In this document: positions 21,642 through 33,308 of the stretch, piece by piece
Numbering within the stretch: position 1 is the stretch's first letter
Layout: each line of letters begins with the position of its first letter
Assembly: GCA_014905635.1 (NCBI GenBank)
Contig: JABVCE010000011.1
Location: forward strand, 186,001-250,000
Length of the DNA: 64,000 bases
Reading direction: 5' to 3'
Source of the DNA: Scenedesmus sp. PABB004
Lineage: Eukaryota
Notes under the pieces: generated by a model
Told to the model about the DNA's origin: nothing
The model's input: only the letters and a program-made list of their open reading frames with translations
Database searches by the model: none
Program-made: the position numbers and the translations under genes

Positions 21642-24600
21642 TCAGGGCTTCAGGTACGTGCCGTTGTGCTTGGCCAGCACCTTGTCCACGTCGCCGCGGG
21701 CAAAGCTGGGCAGCAGGTCCGCGGCGTCGATGCCCGCCTCGGCCCACGCCGCCGCCGCGGCCTCCTCGCCTGACGCGGCCTGCGCAGGGCGGGACGGGCG
21801 GCGCGCGCGCGCGTGAGCGGCGGGCCGCGCGGGTCTGCCCGCGCGGGCGCGCCGCGCGGCGCGCCGCCCGGGCGCTGCGCGGCGCGGCGGGGCGCGCCTT
21901 GATGGCGTTGGCGGCGGTGACGAGCATCGGCAGCGCCTTCTCACTGTCCACGAGCGGCGGGTCCTCCGCGCCCTCCTCGCCCTCCTCGCCCGCGTCGGCG
22001 GCGGCGTCCTCCGCGCCCGCCTCGCGCACCGCGCGCGCGAGCTCCGCGAGCCCAAAGCCCAGCCGCCCTGAGGCCATGAAGCTCCCGATGAACTCTGCTG
22101 CGAGGATGGGGGCCTTGGGCACGTCCTCGACCAGGTCCGGCAGCAGCCCCACAAACGCGAGGCACGCGTCCGACAGGTCCGCGCTGCTCAGCAGCGGCGG
22201 CTCGGCGGACAGCTGCGCCTCAATGAACGGCTGCGGTGCGGCGCGGAGCGCGGGGCGGGCGCGGGGCGCGGCGGGGCCGGGCCGGACGCGGCGTGGGAGC
22301 GGGCTCGGGGCGGGCTCGGGCGCGGCGGCGGCGGCGCGGGCGCGGCGGCGCTGCTGGCGCGGGCGGGCCCTGCGGCGCGCGCCGCCGGTGCTGAGCGGCG
22401 GGCGCGCGCCCCGGCCGCGCGCGCGCACCTGCAGGCCTGAGAGGCGCGCTTCCACCTCGAGGCCGCGCGTGTCGAGGCCCTCCTTCAGCAGCGCGACCAG
22501 CCCCAGCGCGGGGCAGCCGCACTGGCCCAGCAGCTGCTCCAGCACGACCGGCGAGTCCTCCTCCTCCGCGCGCACCTGGCGGGCGCGGCGCGGGCGCGGG
22601 CGTGGGCGGGCCGCGCGGCGCGCGCGTGCGCGCCGGGGCCAAGGCCGCGCGGTGACGGCGGCGCGGCTGAGGCAGCGCGCGCACCTTGAGCAGCACGCCG
22701 GCGAGCTCCGCCGCCTTGCCCTTGATGCCGCCCTCATAGTCCTTGGCCGCCGCGACGATCTCTGCCACGGTCATGCCCTCGCCGCCGCCGCCGCTCGCGC
22801 CGCCGCCGCTGCCGGCGCCGCCGCCGCTGCTGCCGTCGCCGGCGCCGCCGGCGGCCGCGACGGCCGCCGCCGCCGCGCCCGGCGGCAGCGGCGGCCGGCC
22901 GTCCGGCGCGCCGCCGTCGGGCCGCGCCGGCTCGGCCGCGGCGGCCGCGGCGCCGGCGCGCGCCGGCGCGCCGCGTGCGGGCGTCGCCGGCTCGTCGCTG
23001 AGCCGGCTGCTGCCGCGCGCCGCGGCGGCCGCCGCCGCGGGCCGGTCCGCCGCCGCGCCGCGCACGGGGCTGCGCCCCATCTGCGGCCGGAAGCTCAGCT
23101 CCTCGCTGGAGGTGCGGTGGCCCAGCGACGCGCGGATGGGCGCGCCCAGCATCTCCTCGCGCCGCAGCAGCCCCGGGCCGCCGCCGCCGCGTGGCTCGGG
23201 CGGGCCGCCAAAGCCCATGCCTGCGTGCGTGCGAGAGAGGGGGGGGGGGGCGTGAGCGCATGAGCGCGCGGGCGGGCACGTGTGCGCCAGGCGGCCGCGC
23301 GGCGGCGGAGCCTGCGCCAGACGTCGCGCGCCGCGCGTCTGGGGGCTCACCCCGGTCGCGGTCGCGGCCGCCGCCCATGCGGTCGGGCGGCCCCGGCCGC
23401 CGCGCTCGTCGCGGCGCGCCACGTTGGCCGCCTCGCGCTGCGCCTCGCGGTGCACGTCCTGCCGCGGCCGCCGCGGCGGGCGGGCGGGCCGGCGGGCGTC
23501 AGCGCCCGCGCGCGCGCGCGCGCGCGTCGCCGCCGCCGCACCACCGCCGCCGCCGCAACCGGCAGCACGTCCGCATCCACACCCACAGCCGTGGATGTGG
23601 CATCCACCGCCGCCACCGCGTGCGCTCCCCTCACCTCGATCTTCTTGGGTCCCTCCTTTTTGCGCCGCGTCTCCCAGCCGCGGCTGCGCTGCTCCACCAC
23701 GTCCAGCAGCATGAATCGGAGGCGGCTCTCGAGCTTGGTCCCCGCGGCGAGGCGGCGGATGCGCTCAAAGTAGGCGTCCATGAGCTTCTTGCCGTTGGCC
23801 GCCGCGCCGCGCTGCAGCTCCATCAGCTGCGCGGCGCGCGGGGCGGACGCGGCGCGCGGGGGTGAGCGGGGCGCACGGGGTGAGAGGCGGACGGATGGGT
23901 GGGGTGAGGGGCGGGGTGGGAGGGCGGGAGAGGCACGCCACACGCGGGGACGCGGCGGCGGCAGGGCGCGCGCGCTCGGAAACTGGCGATGCAAGCGTGT
24001 GTCGCTCACCGCCCTTGCGAGGGGGCGGCTCAGCACTGGGGGACGCCCCAAGCTGCGATCGTCACAGCGCGCGCGCAGACGCAGGCGCACGCACGCGCCA
24101 CAACACACTCCACGCGCAACACGCACCACACGCCACGCGCGGGCGCGTGGCGAGGCACCCCAAACGCAACCACCCAACCTCGTGCCACGCCCCGCACCTG
24201 CTGGTTGGTCATCCCTGCCCGGCCCTTGACCGTCGGCGCCTCGAGCTGCTGGCCCACCGTGCTCAGCAGCTTGCAGAGGCACTCGATGTCCTCGCTGCGA
24301 GGGTTCTGGTCGTCCTGCAGCAGGCGCTGGATGCAGCTGCGCGCGCGCGGGCGGCGCGGCGGGCGTGCGGCGGTCGGCGGGCGCGCCGGTGCGCGCCGTC
24401 CGCCGCGCGCGCGCGGCGTCCTGCGGGCTGGTGAAGCAGCCGAGATGCAGCCAGCTACATCCCGGCTGCTGCGCTGCCGAGATGTCAGCTTCTCAGGCAA
24501 CCAGCAGCCGAGACACCTAGCTGCATCCCGGCTGCTTCACCAGCTCGGAGGCCGCCGCGCGCGCGGCAGGCGCGCGCCGCGCGCCGCGCGCGGCGCGCTC

Positions 24601-27600
24601 GCGGCCCCGCCCGCCCCGCCCCGCCGCGCCGCGACCCGCCCTAGGGTTTAGCCTCTACCCAGAACCTCAACCCTGCTGAGCCGCAGGCCGCACCTGTGCA
24701 TGATGTTCTCTGTGAGCATGCCGAAGCGGTAGAGCTGGCCGATGTACTGGATGTTGCCCAGCGCGCGGCGGCGGGCCTTGAGCTCCTCCGCCGCCGCGCG
24801 CGCCTCGGCGAGGCGCTTGGCCTTCTTCTCAGCCGCCGCCGCCTCGCGCAGCTGGGGGCGGGCCGGGGCGGGCGGGTGCGGGCGGGGCGGGCATGGGTGG
24901 CCGGGCGTGGGCGGGCGTGGGCGGCGGCGCTCGCGGGCGCGCGCGCCGCGCCCGCGGCCGGCCGCCGTGCGTGCAAGGCGCCCACCTGGCGCGCGGTGGG
25001 CGGCGTGGGCGGGATCTCGCCCTCCTCCAGCGCCGCGCCGCCGCCCTCCTTGGCCTCGCCGTCGGCCTCCTTGGGCTCGGACGGCGGCGCCGGCGCCTCG
25101 CCGTCGGCCTTGGCGCCGCCCTCGCCGCCGCCGCCCTCCTTGGCCTCGCCGGCCGCGTCCTTGGCGCCCTCGTCCTCCTCCTCCTCCTGCGGCGCGGGGG
25201 CAGCAGGCAGGCGCGCGTGGGCGGCGGGGCGCAGGGGTCGCGGGCGACGCCAGCCCGGCCTTGCGCGCCGCCGCCGCGGCAGCTGCGCCGCGCCGCGCCT
25301 TGTCCTCCTCCTCCTCCTTGTCCTCCTTGGCGCCGCCGCCCGCGGCGACCTTTGCCTCGCGCTGCGCGACCGCGGCCATCGCGGCGTCGCCCTTCTCAAA
25401 CTCCTCCTGGCACTTGTTCAGCAGCAGGCGGCGGAAGTTGAGCTTGCGCTGCGGCTTGCCCTCCTCGGCCGGCGAGTCTGCGCGGGCGCGCGCGGGCGCG
25501 GGAGCGCCGCGCGGGTCAACAGAGAGGCGGCCGGCGGCCGCGGCGCCGCGCTGCGCCGTGTTGCGCGGGCTGGCGCGGCGGCGGCACGCGCGCGGCAGGC
25601 GGCCGGCGCCGCCGAGCGCCGGCAGCATCATGTGCCAGCTCTCCGCGCAAACTGACGACGTTTGCGCAGAGCACTGGTGCATGATGTGCTGCCGGCGCTC
25701 TGCCGGCCGCCTGCCGCGCGTGTGACCTGCTAGGAGCTAGCAGCACTGGCGCGTGCGCGCACCGGGGTCGTCAAACTCGGGGAGGCGCTTCTGCAGGACG
25801 TAGCAGAGCTGGCTGTAGAGCTCACAGAAGTGGGGCTCAAACAGGGCCTTGTCAAAGACCTGGCGGCGGTTTAGGGGGTGCGGCGCCGGGCGCGGGGCGG
25901 GGGCGGACGAGGGCGGGTGAGCGCGGGCGCTGGGCGCGGGTGCTGCGCGCGACAGCGGCTGCCGCGCGCGGGGGCTGGCGTGCGTGGGCTGGTCGCCGGC
26001 GGCGCGCCTGCGCGATGAGGCCGATGAGCGTCTTGGCCTGGCTGATGCCAACGTCGAGCAGCTGCTGGCTGAGGCGCTCAAAGTTGTCGGGCGTGAGCTT
26101 GTTGAGAATGCCGGTGAAGGCGCGCTGCTTCGCCTCCTCCTCGGGGTCCTCCGCCAGCTTCAGCCCCACGCCCGCCTGACGGCAGGGAAGGCAGGGAGCG
26201 AGGGAGGCAGGGAGGGAGGGAGGGAGGGCGTGGGACGGCGTGAGGCAGGGCCGGCGGGCGCCGGCGCGGCGCAGCAGCCAGCGCAGGCGGGCGGGCGGGC
26301 GGGCACGTGGGCAGGCGCACCTTGAAGGCCTGCTCGGTCTTGTGCAGCGCGGGCAGGCCCGGCACCGCCGCGCCGCGCAGGCCGCCGCCGCCACCACGCT
26401 CCATGCCGCCGGCGCGCGACGGCGGCAGCGGGCGGCCGCGCGCCCACATGTCGCCGTCGACGCCGGTCGTCGACGCGAGCCGGCCGCTGCCGCTGCGCCC
26501 GCCCTCCATGCCGCCGCGCAGCGCGCGGTCGGCGGGGCCGCCGCGCGGGTCCCTGCGGCGCGCGGGGCGCGGGGCGCGGAGCATGGTCGGTCGCGTGCGG
26601 GCTCGCGGCCGGCCGCCGCCAGAGGGAGCCGGCAACGCGCAGCGCGCAGCCCGAGGGCTGTGAGGCTGTGAGGCAGCCGGCGGCGGCGCGGCGCGCACCG
26701 GAAGCCGCCCTCGCGCGGTCCCGGCATCGGGGGGCCGTCGCGCGGCCCGCCGCGCCGCCCGCCGCCGGCGCCCCAGTCGCTGTCCAGCCTGCGCCGCGCC
26801 GGGGCGGTGCACGTGAGCGGCGCGGCGTGGCGCCCGCGCACGCGCACGCGCGCGCGCGCGGCGCCGCTGGCTCCCCGCCGCCGCGGCCGCGCCGCCGGCC
26901 GCGTCGCCGCCACACCTGTCCATCGCCGCGCCGCGGCTGCCGCGCCGGCCGCCCATCGGGCCGCCGCGGTCGAAGCCGCCGGGGCCCATCACTGCCGCCT
27001 CGGCCGGGTTGCCGACCCACTCGCCCTCGCCCAGCTCCGCGGGGCGCGTCTTGTGGGCCTCGCGGTGCGTCTTGAGGAAGTCCAGCGTGTACCGCTTGCT
27101 GCGAGGGTTTAGGGCGCAGCAGCGCGGCCGCGGCGGCGGCGCGTGGGCGGCGGCGCGCGCGCGGCGTGCGCGGCGGCGCGCGGCGCCGGCGCCCGGGGCC
27201 GCGGTGTGCCCGCGCGCGCGCACCGGCCGTCGTCGTCGGTGCTGCCGCTGGCAAAGGGCGTCGCGCCGGAGCTGCCGGGCCGCGCCGGCGCCGGCGCGGC
27301 GGCCTCGGGCTTGGCCGCGCTCGCCGCCGCCGCCGCCGCCGGCGGCAGGCTCTCCTTCTCCGCCTTGTCCTCCCAGCTCAGGTCCTCGGCGTCGCTCTTG
27401 GTGCGCGCGGGCTGCGGCGGCGCGCGCGCGGCGGCGGCGACCGTGAGCGGCGGCGGCGCGGGCGCGGGCGCGGCGCGCCGGCCGCGGCAGGGCGCGCCGC
27501 GCACCTCCTCGGCCGCAGGCGCCGCCTCGGGCGCGGCCGCCTCAACCGGCGCCGCCTCCTCGGCCGCCGGCGGCGCGGGCGGCCTGAAGGTGTCGTACAT

Positions 27601-30600
27601 GTCTGAGCTGAGCTTGTCCTCGTAGCCCTTCTTGCCCTTCTTGCTCGCCTTGGCGGCCGCGGCGGCCGCGGCAGCTGCGGCGGCGGCGGCCGCCGCCGCG
27701 GCCGCCGCGGCGGCGGCCTCCTTGGCGGCGGCTGCCTCCTTGGCGGCGGCGGCCTCCTTGGCGGCGGCGGCCTCCTTGGCGGCGGCTGCCTCCTTGGCGG
27801 CGGCTGCCTCCTTGGCGGCGGCTGCCTCCTTGGCGGCGGCTGCGTCCTTCGCCGCGGCCGCCTCCTTCGCGGCAGCGGCCTCCTTGGCAGCGGCGGCCTC
27901 CTTGGCAGCGGCCGCCGCCTCGGCGGCAGCCGGCTCCTTGGCCGCGGCCGCGGGCGGGCCGTTGGCAGCGGGCGCGGCGCGCGCCGCGGGCGCGGGCTTG
28001 ACCGCAGCCGCGGCGGCCGCCGCTGCTGCCGCGGCCGCTGCCGCCACAGCTGCGGCCGGCTGCTCCGACGCGGCCGGCTTGGCGTCGCCCGGCACCACAC
28101 GCGGCGCCGCGGGCGTCACGGGCTTGCTGACCGGCTTGTTGGCTGCGCTCTTCGCCATCTCGCTCCAGCTCGCCTGCTTGGCAATCGCCGCCGCGGCGGG
28201 CGCGGCGGGCGCGGCCGCCTCCGCCGCAGGCTCGGGCGGGGCCTTGCCGCCGGCGGCAGCGCCTGCTGCCGCCACGGCGGGCTGCTGCTTCTCCGCCGGC
28301 GCCGCGGGCTTGCTGGCCGCTGCCGCTGCAGCCGCCGGCCCCTCCATGGCTGCTGCTGGCACGGCCGCCGGCTTGGCCGGCGCCGGCGCCGGCGCGGCGG
28401 CCTTGGGCGCTTCGCTGGGCGCCTCGGCCGCCGCGGGCTTGGCCGCCGGCGCCGCCGCTGCTGCTGCGGGCTCCTTGGCCGCCGGCGCCGCGCCCTTGGC
28501 CGCCGCCGCCGCCCTGGCCGGCGGCGGCGGCGTGATGGGCAGCGCCGCCGAGCGCGGCTCCGGCGGCGTGGGGTGCCGCGCGGCCGCCGGCGCGCTGGGC
28601 GCGCCGGTCGCCGCGGGCGCGCCGGGCGCGGGCGGCGCGCCGCCCGCCGCGCCGGCGGGCGGCGCCGCGCCGGGCGCCGGCGCCGGCGCCGCGGGCGCCT
28701 TGCCGCCCGCCGCCGCGGCCGCGGGCGTGGGGCTCGACTTGCCCGCCGCGGGCAGGCCCTCAAACTTGACCTCCGTCTGCGTCTTGGGGTCGACGATGCG
28801 AATGATCTTCTTGGAGGCGGGCGCGACGCCGGGGCTGGCGCCGCCGTGCGAGCTGCCGCCGGCGCTGCCGGGCTTGGGCACGCCCGCGCCGCCGGGCAGG
28901 GGCCCGGCGTGCGGCAGCGGCGCGTGCGGGCCGGCGCCGGCCGGCGGCGCGCCGGGCGGCACGCCCGGCGGCGCAGGGTGGTGCGGCGCGCCTGGGCCGC
29001 CGTGCGGGCCGGGGCCGACGCCCGGCGGGCCGCCCGCGCCCGCGCCCGCGCCGTGGGGCTGGCCGCGCGGGTGCGGCGGCGCGTGGTGCGGCGCGCCGTA
29101 CGGCCCCTGCTGGTGCGGCGCCTGCTGCTGGTGCTGCTGCTGCTGCTGCTGCTGCCCGCCCGCGGGCGGCCCGCCGGCCTGCTGCCCGTGCGGCGGGTGC
29201 GGCAGCGTCGCGCCGTGCGCGCCGCCGCCCTGGCCGCCCTGGCCGCCGCCCGAGCCGCCGCCCTGGCCGCCCTGGCCGCCGCCGCCGCCCGGCGGCACGC
29301 CCGGGGCGGCATGAAGCCGCCCGGCGCGGGCGGGGCCATGCCATACTGTCCCTGCGCCGCGTACCACTGCTGCGCGCCGGGGGGATAGCCCGCCATCATC
29401 ATCGCGCCCCCCGGGCCGTACGCAACCGGCGCGTAGCCGCCATAGGCCATGGGGTACCCGGCAAACTGCATGCCCATGGGCACCTGCCGCCCCCGCGCGG
29501 CGGCGGGCGCGCGCGGAGCGGCGGGCCGTCGGCGCGCGCGCGCAACGCGGCCGCGCGGCGGCGCGGCGCAGCGTCGGCGGCGCAGCGTCGGCGGCGCGGC
29601 GGCGCCGCACCTGCATCTGGGGCGCGCCCGGCTGCTGCACCAGGTAGGGCTGCGCGTACGCGCCCGCGGGCGGGCCGCCCTTGCCGCCGGCGCCGGGCGG
29701 GGCGCCGTATGGCCCCCCGGGGCCGCCGCGCGCGGGCGGGCCGCCGGGGCCGCCGGGGCCGCCGCGGTGGCCGGGGCCATGCTGCGGGTCCATGGGGCCG
29801 TGCGGGCCGCCCTCGGGCGGCGGGCCGCCGCGCGGGGCCCACGAGCCGCCGCCGCCCTGCTTGCGCGCGTGCGGGCCGCCCGGGTTTGGGCCGCCGTGGT
29901 GCGGCGCGCCCAGGGGCGGGTGCGGCAGCGTCGCGCCCTGAGGGGGCGGCATCGGCTGCCCGCCGGGCGCGGGCGGCGGCGGGCCCATGTGGGGCGGGCC
30001 ACCCGCGTGGCCGGGCCCGCCGTGCGGGTTGCCCGTGCGCTTGGGGCTGGCCGCCGCCGCCGGCCGCGCGGGCGGCGGCGGCGGCGTGCCGCCGGCGGCC
30101 GCCGGCGCGCCCGCGGGCGGCGGCGGCGGCGCGCCGGGCGGCGGCGGCGGCTGCTTGTCTGCCGCCGCGGGCAGCGCGGGCGCGTTGCCCTGCGGGCGCG
30201 GGGGTGGGTGGGGCGGGCGCGGGGCCGCGTGAGGCCGGCTGGGCCGCCGCGCCGCGCCGGCGCTGCTGCGGCGCGCCGCTGTGCGTGGGGCTGCTGATCC
30301 CCCTTGGCACACACCGCCGCCCCGCCGACACCGCCGCCCCGCCCGCCCCGCCCCGCCCCGCCTGCCGCCGCACCTTGGCCGCCGCCGCGGCGGCCGCGGC
30401 CGCCGCGGCCTTGCCGGCGTCGTCGGACGCAAAGTTCCCGAACGCCAGCTCGCCGGACCTGAACAGCTCGCTGGGCGGCTGGGCGGGCGCGTCCGCGGCG
30501 TTGTTGTTGTCTGCGGGCGGCGCAGGCGGCGGGCGGCGCGTCGGGCGCAGCAGCAGCAGCGGCAGCCAGAGCGCATGCGGCGCCGCGCCGCGCCCGCGCT

Positions 30601-31096
30601 CGCGCCGGCGCCCGGGCGGCTCGCGGGGGCCCCGGCGGCTCGTGGGCGTGCCCGCCAGCGCCGCCTCACCCGCGCCGGAGGCCTCGCTGCCGGGTGCGGG
30701 GGCCTTCTTCACGATGTTGGCCCACGATCCGCCGCCGCCGGCGCCTGCGCGCGCGGGTGCGGGCTCGGGCACCGCCTGGCCAGCCCTGGGCGCCGCGGCG
30801 CGCCGCGGCGCGCCCCGCGCCCCCACCTGCGGCGCCGGCGTCCTCCACCGGCGGCCCCTGCTCCCCCTCGGCGCCGCCAGGGCCGCTGCGGGGCGGTGTG
30901 CGGGTGCAATTAGGCGTGGCCCAGCCCCCGGCGCCCGCGCCGCCCCGCCAGGCCCCCCACGCCGCCGGCACGGGGGCGCGCCGAATCCTTCGCGCCCCAC
31001 GCACCCGCCCAGCCCCCGGCCGGGGCCGCCAACGCCGCGCGCATTCTTGGCCGCGTTGACGTTGACGGGTCCCGTGCCTACATCCCGCTGGGACAT
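21642..31096 (-). CDS. EIF4G: Eukaryotic translation initiation factor 4G (MIF4G plus MA3-like C-terminus), many exons
   Basis: GILNKLTPDNFERL, VFDKALFEPHFCELYSQLC, FRRLLLNKCQEEFE, RRALGNIQYIGQLY, EDIECLCKLLSTVG, SRLRFMLLDV..R..GW..R..EGPKKIEEV; eIF4E-binding-like RYTLDFL near 27090; long Pro/Gly-rich N-terminus. Confidence 0.95.
24406..24565 (-). ncRNA. Intronic long hairpin, pre-miRNA-like (eIF4G intron)
   Basis: Arms 24427-24454 and 24517-24544 are reverse complements at 26/28 positions, and both differences become G:U on the minus strand; inner stems CGGCTGCTG/CAGCAGCCG. Confidence 0.55.
25585..25724. ncRNA. Second intronic long hairpin, pre-miRNA-like (eIF4G intron)
   Basis: GGCAGCATCATGTGCCAGCTCTCCGCGCAAAC-loop-GTTTGCGCAGAGCACTGGTGCATGATGTGCTGCC, extended by CGCGCGGCAGGCGGCCGGC/GCCGGCCGCCTGCCGCGCG. 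Confidence 0.5.
27709..27906 (-). repeat. Coding minisatellite, 11 x 18 nt, encoding K(E/D)AAAA in eIF4G
   Basis: CTTGGC/CTTCGC recurs every 18 nt from 27721 to 27901. Confidence 0.9.
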
Positions 31097-31442
31097 CGCC
31101 CGCGCTGAAGCGGGTGGAGGCGCGCGTGCTCTGCTCCCAACCTGCTGCTCGGGCGTCGTGAGGGGGTGGTGTTTAGGCTGATCAGCCTGAAAAGGCCGTC
31201 ACCGAGCGCGCCGCCGCGCCTGCGCACCCGCGAGGCCGCGCAGCTAGACCGCGGCGCGCCGGTCGATCGCCCAGCGCCGAGGTGAGCTCTCGCCCGCCCC
31301 GCGCGCCCTCCCACTTCCCCGCGCCCCCGCGCGACGCGCCGCGCCGCCGTCCGCGCGCCCCCTGCACCACCGCCGCCGCCGTCGCTGCCGCCGTCGCCGC
31401 TGCCGTCGCCGCAGCGCGCCGACCGCCCGGCGGCGGCGCGCC

Positions 31443-32252
31443 ATGCCGCTGGTGGTGCTGGCGGGCCAGCCGGCCTCGGGCAAGACCGGCGTCGCGGCGC
31501 GGCTCGCGGCGGCGCTGGCGGCCGCGCAGCAGCACGTGCTGGTCGTGGACGAGCCGGGCCTGCACCTCGAGCGCAACGCCGCTTACTCGAGTGCGCCTTG
31601 GCGCGCGGGGCCGCCGACTGCGCCCCGGCACGGCGCCGGCCGCCGAGCGCCCCCCGGGCACCCCCGAGCACCCCCCGCGGCGCGCGCAGGCAGCGCGGCG
31701 GAGAAGGCGGCGCGCGGTGCGCTGCGCTCGGCGGTCGAGCGCGGTGTGTCCAAGCGCACCGTGGTCATACTCGACTCGCTGAATAACATCAAGGTGCGTT
31801 GGACCGCCGCCGCCCCGCGCCGCACCACGCCGCACCGCGCCGCGCGGCCGCGGCCGAGCGCGCGGCCGAGCACGCGGCCGCCGAGCGCTGCGCCGTCGCG
31901 TCGCCGCGCGGCGCAGGGCTACCGGTACGAGCTCTGGTGCGTCGCGCGCAGCGCGGGCACGCGCTACGCCGTGCTGCACGTCGCGACGCCGGCCGACACG
32001 TGCGCGGCGTGGAACGCGGCGCGCCCCGAGCACGAGCGCTACGACGACGACGTGTGAGCGCCCGCCGCGGGTCACGGCGCCAGCAGCTGCGGCGCGCCGC
32101 GGCGCGCCGGGGCGCGGCGCCGCCGCGCGCCGCCGACGCGCCGCGCCGTGCCCCCGCCCCACCCGCCCAGCTTCACCGACCTTGCGCGCCGCTTCGAGAC
32201 GCCCGACGCGCGCAACCGCTGGGACGCCCCCCTGTTCACGCTGCTGCCGGGT

Positions 32253-32286
<34 letters not shown>

Positions 32287-33074
32287 AGCGGCCGGCCCCG
32301 CCCAGCAGCGCGAGCGGCGGCGGCGCCGTGGGTTCCGCGGCGGCTGCTGGCCAACCTTCCCGCGCCCGCATGCGCCGCCCTGGCGCCCGGCGCGCTGCAG
32401 GCGCCCCCGACGAGCCGGCGATCCTGGCGGCGGTGGTCGAGGCAGCTACAGGCGCGCCGCCCGCGCGCCCGGCCGCCGCGCCGGCCGACGGCGAGGCCGG
32501 CCCGCAGCTGCTGCACCAGGGAGCGATGGCCGGCGAGCTGCGGCCCACGCTGGCCACCTCCAACCCCGCGCTGCTGGGCACCAACCTGCTGCACGAGCTG
32601 GACCGAGCTGTGCAGGTGCGGGCGCGGCATCGCAAGGGCGTGCCTGGCGGCGGGCGGCGCCACCGGCCCGGCGGCCCCGCGCTCGCGCGCCGCCTGCTCG
32701 CCTGCCCACCCGCCCGCCAACCCGCCGCGCCCCGCCAGGACGTGGTGGGGCGGCTGATGGAGGCGCAGCAGCTGGCACCTGGCGGCGGCGCCGGCGGCTG
32801 CCGCGCCGACCTGGGGCCCGCGGGGCAGCTGGAGCTCAGGCGCCTGGTCACGCTCGCGGGTGCGCGCCGCCGGCCGTCGCCGCCACCCTGCGCCGCCACC
32901 GCCGCCGCGCTGAGCCCCCTCTCGGCCGCCGCCGCAGAGCTGCGCCGCCACAAGCGCGCGTTCCTGCGCCTCGCCACCAAGATTCCCTTTGGCCGCCTCA
33001 CTGACCCGGCCGCCGCGCAGCGGCTGTTCGCCGACCACCTGCGCCAGCAACTCGCCGGCGCCGACGCAGGCTGA
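31443..33074 (+). CDS. KTI12: KTI12 / Elongator-associated P-loop protein
   Basis: MPLVVLAGQPASGKT, EKAARGALRSAVER, VILDSLNNIKGYRYELWC, RFETPDARNRWDAPLF, NLLHELD, LAELRRHKRAF. Confidence 0.93.
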
Positions 33075-33280
33075 GCGCGCGGCGCGCTGGACCCACCGAC
33101 ACACCTCCCTCCCCTGCCAGTCGGCAGCGCCCGCCGCAGCTGCGGCGGCAGGCTGCAGCCTGCATGCGCCCCCTGGCCAGCTGGCCAAGGGCGCAGACGC
33201 CTGCAGCGGCGCGCGTGCACGCGCCACTGCGCCTCTGGCCCAGGCCTGCCTGCGCGCGCTGTGGCCGCACCAGCCGGCTG

Positions 33281-33303
33281 TTACACGAGCCACAGCCTTG
33301 TAA
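33281..33303. promoter_or_regulatory. Opposed TGTAA polyadenylation-like signals between convergent genes
   Basis: TTACA at 33281-33285 (TGTAA on minus) and TGTAA at 33299-33303 (plus); TGTAA is the usual chlorophyte poly(A) signal. Confidence 0.55.
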
Positions 33304-33308
33304 CCGGC

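Noticed and set aside
27070..27095. eIF4E-binding motif YTLDFLK with Lys at the hydrophobic position
   Set aside because: A single-residue deviation; not enough to infer altered function.
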